Assembly: GCA_002398105.1 (NCBI GenBank)
Contig: DHCD01000010.1
Coordinates: forward strand, 55,683-117,593
Length of the DNA: 61,911 nucleotides
DNA from: Syntrophomonas sp. UBA4911
GTDB taxonomy: Bacteria > Bacillota > Syntrophomonadia > Syntrophomonadales > Syntrophomonadaceae
Reading direction: 5' to 3'
The notes beneath the pieces are model-generated. The model was not told the DNA's origin, did not search any database, and was given only the letters and a program-made list of their open reading frames with translations. Of this stretch, positions 44,642 through 54,356 are shown piece after piece. Within the stretch, counting starts at the first letter, position 1, and each line of letters starts with the position of its first letter. The translations under genes were made by a program, and so were the position numbers.

Positions 44642-47452
44642 ATGGATAATGCAAAGATATGGGAAATAAAAACCTGCGATTACCAGCTGGCCCGGGACCT
44701 GAGTCAAAAGTTGGGACTAAGTCCCCTGATGGCGGAGTTGTTGCTGCAACGAGGAATTTATACCTGCGAAGAGGCGCATTATTTTCTTAATGCGGGCCTG
44801 GATGATTTACAGAGCCCCTTCAGTCTAACCGATATGGAGCCGGCCGTGACCCGAATCAGGCAGGCCGCCTTGCAGGGGGAAAAGATAGCCATATATGGCG
44901 ATTATGATGTTGATGGCATATGCAGCATGACCATGCTTAAGCAATGTCTGGATAGGCTGGGGGCTATTGCGGAATATTATGTCCCCGACCGGTTTAGTGA
45001 AGGCTATGGGCTTAACCGGCAGGCGGTGGAAACGATTGCCGGTCAGGGCTTTAAACTTTTAATCACTGTGGATTGCGGTATAACCGCGGTATCAGAGACC
45101 CAAACTGCTCAAAGCCTGGGGATGGATGTTATAATCAGCGATCATCATACTCCTGCAGCTCAGTTGCCTTCCGCTTTGGCAGTAATAAACCCTAAACTGG
45201 ACAGCACGGAAGAACTTAAGGATTTATGCGGGGCGGGTGTGGCTTTTAAGCTCTGTCAGGCGTTGTTTCCCGACTGGGCCCTGGATAAGGATTCCGGGTG
45301 GCTGGAGCTGGCTGCTCTGGCCACCGTAGCCGATGTGGTGCCATTAAAGGGTGAAAATCGGATCCTGGTCAAGTATGGCCTGCTGAGATTGCCGGCTACT
45401 GTTAACTGCGGGTTGCAGGCCTTACTCAAGGAAAGCGGGCTTACGGGGAAAAAACTTTCTTCCTGGCATATCGGGTTTGTCCTGGCTCCGCGTCTGAATT
45501 CAGCCGGACGGCTGCAAAGTGCCCGCAGCAGTGTGGAATTGCTGCTGAACCAAAATGCGGAACAGGCAACGGAGTTGGCCGCCCAATTATGCCGCCTCAA
45601 TAATGAACGCAAAATGATTGAGGAAACCGTGCATAAGGAAGCTCTGCTGCAGGTGGAAAGAGAGATTGATCTGGAGAAGAGTCAAGTGCTGGTACTGGGA
45701 GGGGAAGGCTGGCACCAGGGAGTTACCGGCATAGTAGCTTCCCGTCTATGCGAAAAATACCGGCGTCCGGTTATAATGATCAGCTGGGAAGGAGAGCAGG
45801 GGCGGGGATCATGCCGCAGCCTGCCGGGGCTGGATATCTACCAGGCCTTGTCCGCCTGCAGTTCTCATTTGCTCCAATTCGGAGGGCATCGGGCGGCTGC
45901 CGGATTAAGCATACATAGAGATAGCCTGGACAGTTTTCGCCAGGCTTTGGAACAGTGGGCAAAAGATAACGGCCAGGGAGAGGAACCCAGGGCCCGGACC
46001 GTGGCGGATGCGGAATTGGAGCCGGACGATATCAACGAGCGTCTGCTGCAGGAACTTGAAAAACTGGAACCCTTCGGAGAGGGCAACCCCTCCCCCAGTT
46101 TTGCCGTCAGGGGAGTGGAGGTGGATGCCGCCGCCCTGCTGGGCAGGAAAAACGAGCATTTCCGCGCTCGTTTGGAGCCGGGGGGAGTTGATATTATCGC
46201 CTTCAACCATTCTGATTTAATAAAGCATCCTTTGGATACCTGTTTGCAGGATATAATGTTTGAACCTGGGATCAACGAATTCCGGGGCATAAGAAGGGTG
46301 CAGCTAAAAATAAACGATATGAAAAGCAGTTGCCGGCCTGATGATAAAGGGTTAGTGAATGAGTCTGGGCAAAAGCTGCTGCAGGCTATCCAGAAAAGCA
46401 TTGCCGAGGTCTATGGGGGCCGGCCGGTACTTTTTATCTTCCCCACCTACCGGAGCCTGGTCAAGTATAAACTGATGCTTTTGAGCTTTTTGCGCCGGTC
46501 ACTTTTAAAGGAAATCCACGGTCATATAAATCGCCGGGAGAGGCGCGATCTTATGAATGAACTGGTCCAGGGCCAAAATCGGTTATTCCTGGTGACGACA
46601 GCTTTTGATCATTATTATCGCAGAAACTGCCGCCCACCGGAAAAATTAAGCTATGTTTTTACCTTTTATCCGGATCAGCCTGACCGGGAAATGCAGGAAT
46701 ATTATAAAAACTGCAGCTTGATCAGCCTGCAGGCGGACAGCCAACCCAGAATTAAAACCGGAAAAGCGGATTTTGACCCTGAACGCCGCGTGCTCCTGTA
46801 TGCCAATCGTAATACCACTTTGCAGGCTTTTGCCGGCCGGGACAGCTTAAAAGTGGAAGCAGGGATAGGGGATATCCGGCAAAGAAAGGTTATACGCCGG
46901 CATTTTATGCAATCCGGAGGGATATTGCTATCTGATGGAGCCAGTACTGGTGTAACCGGGCTGGGTGATACCGACGTTTTTTTTGCGGATGCCCCCTATA
47001 GCCTTTACGAAGCCCAGATGGTGATGAATCAGCTGGCCGCAGGGGAGGATAGGGAAGCCACTATCCTTTTTAAGCGCGATGATCTGGAGTTTAACCGCCA
47101 ATACCTGGAGCGCTGTTATCCCGGAACCGAACTCCTTAAAGGGGTATTGAGCTATTTTAAAACCAGGCGATATCATCCGCTGACGGCGGGGATTGACCGG
47201 TTAAGCTCTGCGATCGGGGCTTATCTGCAAAGAGATTTCAAACCGGCTGACCTCGTGGGAGTTCTTGACAGCATAGCAGATCTGGACTTGTGCGACTTCA
47301 CAAAAAAAGGTAGTATTATGGCAATAAAGTTTATCAGGCCCGGCAATTCCAGGGTTGACCTGAGAAACTCGCTCTATTATCTGGAAGGTCAGGTGGAGAA
47401 GAAAGAATTCAGCCGCTGGGAAAGGAATTTGAATAATATATTATCATGGTGA
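44642..47452 (+). CDS. recJ: Single-stranded-DNA-specific exonuclease RecJ with a long C-terminal extension
   Basis: DHH motifs (IYGDYDVDG, VDCG, SDHH), DHHA1 (GGHRAAAG) and an OB-fold region, followed by an extra tail of about 375 aa. The ATG at 44642 is preferred over the track start at 44558. Confidence 0.88.
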   Translation: MDNAKIWEIKTCDYQLARDLSQKLGLSPLMAELLLQRGIYTCEEAHYFLNAGLDDLQSPFSLTDMEPAVTRIRQAALQGEKIAIYGDYDVDGICSMTMLKQCLDRLGAIAEYYVPDRFSEGYGLNRQAVETIAGQGFKLLITVDCGITAVSETQTAQSLGMDVIISDHHTPAAQLPSALAVINPKLDSTEELKDLCGAGVAFKLCQALFPDWALDKDSGWLELAALATVADVVPLKGENRILVKYGLLRLPATVNCGLQALLKESGLTGKKLSSWHIGFVLAPRLNSAGRLQSARSSVELLLNQNAEQATELAAQLCRLNNERKMIEETVHKEALLQVEREIDLEKSQVLVLGGEGWHQGVTGIVASRLCEKYRRPVIMISWEGEQGRGSCRSLPGLDIYQALSACSSHLLQFGGHRAAAGLSIHRDSLDSFRQALEQWAKDNGQGEEPRARTVADAELEPDDINERLLQELEKLEPFGEGNPSPSFAVRGVEVDAAALLGRKNEHFRARLEPGGVDIIAFNHSDLIKHPLDTCLQDIMFEPGINEFRGIRRVQLKINDMKSSCRPDDKGLVNESGQKLLQAIQKSIAEVYGGRPVLFIFPTYRSLVKYKLMLLSFLRRSLLKEIHGHINRRERRDLMNELVQGQNRLFLVTTAFDHYYRRNCRPPEKLSYVFTFYPDQPDREMQEYYKNCSLISLQADSQPRIKTGKADFDPERRVLLYANRNTTLQAFAGRDSLKVEAGIGDIRQRKVIRRHFMQSGGILLSDGASTGVTGLGDTDVFFADAPYSLYEAQMVMNQLAAGEDREATILFKRDDLEFNRQYLERCYPGTELLKGVLSYFKTRRYHPLTAGIDRLSSAIGAYLQRDFKPADLVGVLDSIADLDLCDFTKKGSIMAIKFIRPGNSRVDLRNSLYYLEGQVEKKEFSRWERNLNNILSW

Positions 47453-49647
47453 GTACAATGGTTCCTGCAGTACAATTGATAATTGAAAAGGTAAAACGGT
47501 ACGATGCGGATGCAGATTTCGGGCTTATCGAACGGGCTTACAACTATGCGCGAACGGCGCATACCGGGCAAAAAAGGATATCGGGCGAGCCGTATATAAT
47601 CCATCCGGTGGAAGTCGCCCTGATACTGACCGAAATCGAATTGGACACTCCGTCGCTTTGTGCCGCCCTGCTCCATGATGTAGTGGAGGATACCAGTTTT
47701 ACTTATGTAAATATATTAAATGATTTCGGGGAGGAAATTGCCCTCCTGGTGGATGGGGTGACCAAACTGAATCGTTTGGACTTCGCTTCCCGCGAAGATG
47801 CGCAGGCTGAAAACCTGCGTAAAATGTTTATTGCCATGGCCCGGGATATCAGGGTCATACTTATTAAACTGGCTGACCGCTTGCATAATATGAGAACCCT
47901 CAACTACCAGAACGAACGCAAGCAAAAAGAAATCGCCAAAGAGACCCTGGAGATTTTTGCCCCCCTGGCTCACCGGCTGGGAGTTTTCAAGTTCAAATGG
48001 GAACTGGAAGATTTGGCTTTTTCTTATCTGGATTCGGAAATGTATTATGAGGTTGCCAAAAGACTTAAGCGTAAACGCAGAGAAAGAGAAGACTACGTCC
48101 ATGATATTATAGAGCAAATCAAAAAAGGTCTGGAACAGATAGGCATAAGAGCAGATATAGCGGGCCGGCCCAAAAATATCTACAGCATATATAAAAAAAT
48201 GGTGAAACAGCAGAAGGATATAGATGAAATCTATGATAAAATAGCCATCCGGGTTATTGTGAACGAAATCAGGGAATGTTATGGAGTGCTGGGCATAATC
48301 CACACCATGTGGAAACCGTTGCCCGGACGTTTCAAAGACTATGTGGCCACCCCCAAGCCCAATATGTATCAGTCACTGCATACTACCCTGCTGGGAAAAG
48401 GGGGGGAACCCTTTGAAGTGCAAATCCGCACCTGGGATATGCATCGCACGGCTGAATATGGGATAGCTGCTCACTGGCGCTATAAGGAAGGCAGCAGCCC
48501 CAAGGAAAAGAAATTTGATGAAAAACTTTCCTGGTTGCGACGGATACTGGAATGGCAGCAGGATGTCAAAGACACCAGCGAATTTATGGAATCATTAAAG
48601 ATTGACCTCTTTGATGATACCGTTTTTGTATTCACCCCCAAAGGGGCGGTAGTAGAATTGCCCAAAGGCGCCGGCCCGGTGGACTTTGCCTATCGGGTGC
48701 ATACCGAGGTAGGGCATAAATGTTCCGGGGCCCGGGTTAACGGCCGCATAGTTCCCCTGGATTACCCCTTGGGTAATGGGGATATTGTCGAGATTATCAC
48801 CTCCAAGAGTTCCTCCGGGCCTTCGCGGGACTGGTTGAACTTTGTCAAAACTTCTTCCGCCAAAAGCAGAATTAAACAATGGTTCAAGAAAGAAAAACGG
48901 GAAGAAAATATAATAAAAGGTCGTGACCTGCTGGAGAAAGAGCTGAAGAAGAAGCACCTGAATATAAAGGAGTTTCTTAAGGAGGACCGTTTGCAGGAAG
49001 TAGCCAAACGGGTCGGCTTTTTATCGGTTGACGACCTCTATGCCGCACTGGGGGATAATGGCGTCAGTGCTCAGCAGGTAATAACCCGGCTTAAAGAGAT
49101 GTTCTTCCAGGATGCCCAGGTGGAAGACATTCTCAATATTCCGGTCAATACCAAACCGGATGCAGCCCTGGATAAGGAGACCAGTGCCCTCAAGGTCAAG
49201 GGCGTGGATGGAGTGGCTATTCGTCTGGCCCATTGCTGCAATCCTTTGCCCGGGGATAAGGTGCTGGGTTACATTACCAGAGGGCGGGGGGTTTCGGTGC
49301 ATCGTCATGATTGCCCCAATCTGCAGAATTATTTGCGTCAGGAAAAGGACCGTATAATAGAAGTAGAATGGGCTGATAACCGGGGAACCTACATCGTGGA
49401 ACTGGAAGTCAGGGCTTTTGACCGGCCCCGGCTGACTACCGATGTTATGAATATTATTGCCGATACCAGAATCCAAATTAATTCGGTATTCTCACGGGTA
49501 ACCAGAAACCATCTGGCGGTTATGAATTTTAAATTAGAGATTAAGGATATCACCCAGCTTCAGGCTGTAATTCAGCGTATTCAACAAATTCAGGATATCC
49601 TGGAGGTTAGAAGGACTATGCCAGGCGAAATTAGGAGTGAACAGTAA
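47446..49647 (+). CDS. relA: Bifunctional (p)ppGpp synthetase/hydrolase
   Basis: HD domain (HPVEVALIL...LHDVVEDT), RelA_SpoT synthetase (YQSLHTT, EVQIRT), TGS and C-terminal ACT domains. Confidence 0.94.
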   Translation: MVSTMVPAVQLIIEKVKRYDADADFGLIERAYNYARTAHTGQKRISGEPYIIHPVEVALILTEIELDTPSLCAALLHDVVEDTSFTYVNILNDFGEEIALLVDGVTKLNRLDFASREDAQAENLRKMFIAMARDIRVILIKLADRLHNMRTLNYQNERKQKEIAKETLEIFAPLAHRLGVFKFKWELEDLAFSYLDSEMYYEVAKRLKRKRREREDYVHDIIEQIKKGLEQIGIRADIAGRPKNIYSIYKKMVKQQKDIDEIYDKIAIRVIVNEIRECYGVLGIIHTMWKPLPGRFKDYVATPKPNMYQSLHTTLLGKGGEPFEVQIRTWDMHRTAEYGIAAHWRYKEGSSPKEKKFDEKLSWLRRILEWQQDVKDTSEFMESLKIDLFDDTVFVFTPKGAVVELPKGAGPVDFAYRVHTEVGHKCSGARVNGRIVPLDYPLGNGDIVEIITSKSSSGPSRDWLNFVKTSSAKSRIKQWFKKEKREENIIKGRDLLEKELKKKHLNIKEFLKEDRLQEVAKRVGFLSVDDLYAALGDNGVSAQQVITRLKEMFFQDAQVEDILNIPVNTKPDAALDKETSALKVKGVDGVAIRLAHCCNPLPGDKVLGYITRGRGVSVHRHDCPNLQNYLRQEKDRIIEVEWADNRGTYIVELEVRAFDRPRLTTDVMNIIADTRIQINSVFSRVTRNHLAVMNFKLEIKDITQLQAVIQRIQQIQDILEVRRTMPGEIRSEQ

Positions 49648-50097
49648 ATGCGGGCAGTTGTGCAAAGAACTACCGGCAGCCGGGTAATGGTGGAAGAAAA
49701 AGAAATAGCCCGGATCGGCAAAGGTTTGATGGTCCTGTTGGGTATAAAAAAAGGTGACAGTGCCGAGGATGCCGACTATATGATGAATAAAATAATAAAC
49801 TTAAGGATTTTCCCGGATGAAGATGATAAAATGAATCTATCCCTTTTGGATATTGCCGGAGAGGTATTGCTGGTCAGTCAGTTCACCCTTTACGGAGATT
49901 CCCGTAAAGGAAGACGCCCCGGTTTTTCCGATGCGGAGTTGCCCGAGCTGGCCTTACCTTTGTTCGCATACTCGGTCCGGTGGTTAGCCCAGGCCGGAAT
50001 AAAAGTTGCAACCGGTGAATTTGGCGCCGATATGATGGTGGAAATAGATAATGACGGACCCTGTACCATCTTATTGGATAGTGAGAAGCTGTTTTGA
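49648..50097 (+). CDS. dtd: D-aminoacyl-tRNA deacylase
   Basis: MRAVVQR...SQFTLYGD...GRRP..., 149 aa. Start abuts the relA stop. Confidence 0.93.
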   Translation: MRAVVQRTTGSRVMVEEKEIARIGKGLMVLLGIKKGDSAEDADYMMNKIINLRIFPDEDDKMNLSLLDIAGEVLLVSQFTLYGDSRKGRRPGFSDAELPELALPLFAYSVRWLAQAGIKVATGEFGADMMVEIDNDGPCTILLDSEKLF

Positions 50098-50116
50098 TTA
50101 AGGAGGTTATTGGGAG

Positions 50117-50737
50117 ATGATTTTAAGAGGGCTGGAAATAAGCAATATGGGGGTAAATTGTTATATTGTCGGCTGCGAAGAGACTAAAGATGCAGCCGTG
50201 ATTGATCCCGGCGGCAATCCCCGGGGAATAAAAAAATTGCTGGACGAGGAAGGCCTTAAAGCCGTTTATATTATTAATACCCACGGTCACATTGACCATA
50301 TCGGCGGCAATCAGGGCTTGCAGGAGCTGACCGGAGCTAAGATCATGATTCACCAGAAGGATGCCAAGATGCTCACCAATGCGGTGTCCAACTTTTCATT
50401 TTTGATGGGCGGCAAGGTCACCAGTCCTCCGGCTGACCAGTTTATAAAGGAAGGGGATATCATCAAAGTCGGTAATACGGTGGAACTGGAAGTCATTGAA
50501 GTGCCCGGGCACAGTCCCGGAAGCGTAGCGCTCAAGACGGGGGATATAATTTTTTCCGGAGACGCTCTTTTTTACGGTTCTATCGGGCGTACTGATTTCC
50601 CGGGAGGCTCATATAAAGAGCTCATAACCAATATCAAGGAAAAATTGCTCTGTTATGATGACGAGGTAGTGGTGTATCCTGGGCATGGTCCCGCCACCAG
50701 CATCGGCTTTGAAAGAAAAAACAATCCTTTTCTATAA
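50117..50737 (+). CDS. MBL-fold metallo-hydrolase
   Basis: HxHxDH motif (THGHIDHIGG), PGHSPGS, and GDALF...GRTDFPGG. Confidence 0.85.
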   Translation: MILRGLEISNMGVNCYIVGCEETKDAAVIDPGGNPRGIKKLLDEEGLKAVYIINTHGHIDHIGGNQGLQELTGAKIMIHQKDAKMLTNAVSNFSFLMGGKVTSPPADQFIKEGDIIKVGNTVELEVIEVPGHSPGSVALKTGDIIFSGDALFYGSIGRTDFPGGSYKELITNIKEKLLCYDDEVVVYPGHGPATSIGFERKNNPFL

Positions 50738-50744
50738 AATCGCC

Positions 50745-50773
50745 TTTACATTGACTGAGGCTTATGCTAATAT
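50745..50773 (+). promoter_or_regulatory. Candidate promoter of the T-box leader
   Basis: TTTACA, a 17-nt spacer, then TAATAT. Confidence 0.35.
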
Positions 50774-50810
50774 TTAAACAATATTTCAAATGCCATGAAA
50801 AAGTAAAGTA

Positions 50811-51062
50811 GTTGCGTGGAGTTATACAGAGAAGAGATGTCACCGGCTGTAAGCATCTCTATAACAAAGCCCGATGAAGTTCACTTTGGAGCACCCGGCT
50901 GAAACGAATGCAAGTAGGTCGTGGCGGAACTCCCGCCGTTAAAAGGGAGGGGATATCGGATAAACCTGTATCTTTTACTAAGCGGGCCTGATTAAGGCAA
51001 TTTGGGTGGTACCGCGGGTAAGCGACAAGCTTCTCGTCCCATAGGGATGTGAAGCTTTTTTT
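50811..51062 (+). promoter_or_regulatory. T-box riboswitch, probable Phe (UUC) specifier
   Basis: K-turn-like base (UGCGUGGAG..UGGAGCA), AGAGA box, specifier-loop pattern GAAG-UUC-A-C, T-box sequence AAUUUGGGUGGUACCGCGG (50999-51017), CUCGUCCC, and a 14-bp terminator (51027-51057) followed by a T-run. Confidence 0.8.
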
Positions 51063-51082
51063 ATGGATGAGTGGGGTTTTAG

Positions 51083-51180
51083 CCTGTATCCTTATTGAGT
51101 GACTGCAAGGTAAACTGGGTGGTACCGCGGGAAGTGTTTATAAACCTCTCGTCCCATAGGGACGAGAGGTTTATATTTTA
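51083..51180 (+). promoter_or_regulatory. Second T-box 3' module (stem III-like, T-box sequence, terminator) lacking its own Stem I
   Basis: CCUGUAUC...AAGG.AA..UGGGUGGUACCGCGGG...CUCGUCCCAUAGGGA repeats the first module with a 118-nt period. Its own 12-bp perfect terminator is AACCTCTCGTCC/GGACGAGAGGTT, followed by UAUAUUUUA. Confidence 0.6.
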
Positions 51181-51194
51181 TCAGGAGGTGTAAC

Positions 51195-52037
51195 ATGATT
51201 AAATTAGCCAGTCGCGAAGGCGGCGAAATGCTGGTGGCAAGAAAGAACCGGGAAGAAGTCAGCCTGACAAAGGTCAAGGGATGCATTATCGGGGGAGAAC
51301 AATTGGCTGTAATAGCCGGGCCCTGTGCGGTTGAAAGTGAGGAAATATTAAAAGAAACCGCTTTCAAAGTCAGAGGATGCGGAGCGGCCTTTTTAAGGGG
51401 AGGAGCTTATAAACCGCGCACTTCGCCTTACAGCTTTCAGGGACTGGGTGAAGAGGGACTGAAGATTCTGGCCCGGGTGGGTGAGGACATGAATATGCCG
51501 GTAATTACGGAATTGATGGATAGCGAAGATATGGAATTAGTGGTTGAGTATACGGATATAATCCAGGTTGGAGCCAGGAATATGCATAATTTTGCCCTGC
51601 TCCGTAAATTGGGAAAAATAGATAAACCCGTAGTATTGAAGCGGGGACTGGCGGCCACCATTGAAGAATGGCTGCTGGCAGCCGAGTATATTCTGGCCGG
51701 GGGGAATAATCAGGTAATATTGTGTGAGCGGGGAATTCGCTCCGCCGAGCCCTGGACCCGTAATACCCTGGATCTGTCTGCAGTGGCTCTGGTTAAAGAA
51801 CTGTCCCACCTGCCGGTACTGGTCGACCCCAGTCATGCCACCGGGGTACGCAGCCTGGTTACTCCGATGGCCAAGGCTGCTATCGCCGCCGGGGCTGACG
51901 GTATTATGGTGGAAGTCCATCCCCACCCGGAAAAAGCCCTGTCCGATGGTGAACAGTCCCTAACTCCTAAAGGATTCAGCCAATTGATGCGGACGATCGA
52001 ACCGGTGGCCCGGGCGGTGGGAAGGAGAATACGCTAA
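51195..52037 (+). CDS. aroF: 3-deoxy-7-phosphoheptulonate (DAHP) synthase, type I-beta
   Basis: [10 protein letters not shown]...[16 protein letters not shown]...ERG...DPSH, the KDO8P/DAHP-synthase I-beta pattern. AGGAGG RBS. Confidence 0.88.
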   Translation: MIKLASREGGEMLVARKNREEVSLTKVKGCIIGGEQLAVIAGPCAVESEEILKETAFKVRGCGAAFLRGGAYKPRTSPYSFQGLGEEGLKILARVGEDMNMPVITELMDSEDMELVVEYTDIIQVGARNMHNFALLRKLGKIDKPVVLKRGLAATIEEWLLAAEYILAGGNNQVILCERGIRSAEPWTRNTLDLSAVALVKELSHLPVLVDPSHATGVRSLVTPMAKAAIAAGADGIMVEVHPHPEKALSDGEQSLTPKGFSQLMRTIEPVARAVGRRIR

Positions 52038-52888
52038 TGGCTTGCGCTGTACTGGGTCCCCGAGGAACCTTCAGTGAGGAAGCCGCTTGCAGCTATTGGG
52101 GGAAGCGGGATGATATAGTGGCGGCCGCTACCATCAGTCAGGTTTTTACGCTGGTAAGCATGGGTGCGGTAGAAGAAGCCCTGGTGCCGGTAGAAAATTC
52201 TCTGGCCGGTTCAATAAAAGAAACCATCCGGTGTCTGCAGGAGAACCGGGTCAGAATACGAGGGGAAATGAACCTTCCTATAAGGCAAGACCTGATGGCC
52301 TGTAAAAAATACCGCCTGGAGGAAATTGAATGGCTGATTACCCAGCCCGTCGCTCTTCACCAGTGCCAGGCTTTTATTGCCCGGCATCTGTCCGCGGTGC
52401 GAACTGAAATCTGTGCCAGTACCGGCAGAGCGGCTGCCATGCTGCGCCGGGAGGTCAGAAAGGCAGCCGCCATCGGCAATAGCCAGGCAGCTATGATTTA
52501 CGGGCTGAAGATAATATATCCGGATATAGCCGGTGAAAATAATGTTACCCGTTTTATTCACATCGTCCAGGAAAAGAGAGAAACTAAAGGGGATAAAAGC
52601 AGCATCATTTTTTCTCTGGCGGATAGAGCAGGCGCTTTATATGAAGTTTTAGGCATCTTTGCCGGCAGGAACCTGAATCTTAGCAAGATTGAATCCTATC
52701 CCGGCCCGAATGCGCGAGCCGGTTATAACTTTTACATTGAAGTGGATACTCCGGCCGGTGAAGACCTGCAGCCGGCGCTTGAGGAAATGGAGCGATTATG
52801 CCCCCGGATAAAATACCTGGGCTCATATCCCAAAGCTCTTCCGCTAGCAGATGATAAATTGGAGGTTAAAAATGATCATACATTTTGA
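52037..52888 (+). CDS. pheA: Prephenate dehydratase
   Basis: PDT domain (VPVENSLAGS, TRF motif NVTRF) plus a C-terminal ACT domain (ALYEVLGIFA...NLSKIESYP). Overlapping TAATG junction with aroF. Confidence 0.88.
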   Translation: MACAVLGPRGTFSEEAACSYWGKRDDIVAAATISQVFTLVSMGAVEEALVPVENSLAGSIKETIRCLQENRVRIRGEMNLPIRQDLMACKKYRLEEIEWLITQPVALHQCQAFIARHLSAVRTEICASTGRAAAMLRREVRKAAAIGNSQAAMIYGLKIIYPDIAGENNVTRFIHIVQEKRETKGDKSSIIFSLADRAGALYEVLGIFAGRNLNLSKIESYPGPNARAGYNFYIEVDTPAGEDLQPALEEMERLCPRIKYLGSYPKALPLADDKLEVKNDHTF

Positions 52889-54356
52889 TTACCGGCCGGA
52901 ATACCTGTACGATGCCTTACATGAACTTATACGCATGGCTTATCCTGATGCCGTCCTGGTACGGGAAAAAAACGGGCAAGCGAATATGGAAATAGCGATT
53001 GCCCTGAATGAAAATACCCATATTATATCAATCCGGGGAAGCATAAAAGATGGCGCCCGGGTGACTGCCGAAGAGCGGAGCTTTGAGCTGAACGCGGCGG
53101 AAGAGGGGCGCAGAACTGAAATCAAAAAACGGGCGCGTATTTTCACTTTCCGCTTGCTGGAAGAACACCTGGGGCAGCCGGTCAATAGCTATGGTATTCT
53201 GACCGGAATGCGGCCGGTCAAACTGATTCATCGTTTTTGGGATCAGGGCATGTCTGCAGCGGATATAGGAGAGCGGCTACAGCATGAATACCAGCTGCAA
53301 AAGGAGAAAGCTGATTTGCTGGTGGAAGTGGCCGGCAATGAAAGACCCTATCTGCCGGACCCTGAGACTGCCGGCAGGCTGATAAGCGTATATATCGGCA
53401 TTCCCTTTTGTCCCGGGCGCTGCAACTACTGTTCCTTCAGCGGGGCGGTGCTGCACAGCTACGATAACGAGTTAAGGCCATTTCTGGCGGCCCTGCGGAA
53501 AGAGATGGAGGTAATCGGCGTTCTGATTAACGATCTGGGATTGGCGGTGCAATCCATATATCTGGGAGGAGGCACCCCTACCGTGCTCTCTACCGAGGAT
53601 ATGAGCAGGTTGTTCGAACTGCTCCACGAAAGCTATATATCCTCGGCGACGGTAGAGATTACGGTAGAGGCGGGCAGACCTGACACCCTGAACCCGGCTA
53701 AGCTGCGCCAACTTGAAAGACTGGGAGTGGATCGGGTCTGTATCAATCCTCAAAGCATGAATGATTTCACCCTGCTGCAGATAGGGAGAAAGCATAATCA
53801 GGAAGGAGTGGTGCGATCGGTAGAATGGGCTCGAGAAGCAGGAATTAAAAATATTAATATGGATCTTATCGTGGGATTTCCCGGAGAAACCCTTCGGGAA
53901 AACATGTACACAGCAGAAAAAATTTTACTTTTGCATCCTGAAAATATTACCGTCCATACTCTAGCTATAAAACGCGGCTCCAAGATGGCCGAGATGGGCA
54001 AAGCTGGGGCCGGCGCCTCAAGGGTGGAAGAAGTCCGGCAGGGAGTGGACTACTTTGCCGCCGCTTTCCGGCAGGCCGGATATTTGCCTTATTATCTGTA
54101 CCGGCAGAAGTATATGCGGGCCAATATGGAGAATACCGGCTACTCCCTTAAAGGGCACTTCTGTTTATACAATATCCAGATGATGGAGGAAAGGCAGACC
54201 ATAATCGGGCTGGGAGGAGGTGGCGCCAGTAAATTTGTTAATCCCGGGGACTGGTCGTTAAGTTCTCTGTACAATCCGAGGAATCCCGACAGCTATGTAG
54301 AAAGCGTGGAAACCCTCATCCAGCGTAAAGTTGACAAGCTCAAGGCCTTACCTTAG
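52872..54356 (+). CDS. hemZ: HemZ-like radical SAM coproporphyrinogen dehydrogenase family protein
   Basis: Radical SAM motif CPGRCNYCSF. About 494 aa. HemN/HemZ-like C-terminal region. The ATG at 52872 lies 6 nt after GGAGG. Confidence 0.78.
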   Translation: MIIHFDYRPEYLYDALHELIRMAYPDAVLVREKNGQANMEIAIALNENTHIISIRGSIKDGARVTAEERSFELNAAEEGRRTEIKKRARIFTFRLLEEHLGQPVNSYGILTGMRPVKLIHRFWDQGMSAADIGERLQHEYQLQKEKADLLVEVAGNERPYLPDPETAGRLISVYIGIPFCPGRCNYCSFSGAVLHSYDNELRPFLAALRKEMEVIGVLINDLGLAVQSIYLGGGTPTVLSTEDMSRLFELLHESYISSATVEITVEAGRPDTLNPAKLRQLERLGVDRVCINPQSMNDFTLLQIGRKHNQEGVVRSVEWAREAGIKNINMDLIVGFPGETLRENMYTAEKILLLHPENITVHTLAIKRGSKMAEMGKAGAGASRVEEVRQGVDYFAAAFRQAGYLPYYLYRQKYMRANMENTGYSLKGHFCLYNIQMMEERQTIIGLGGGGASKFVNPGDWSLSSLYNPRNPDSYVESVETLIQRKVDKLKALP

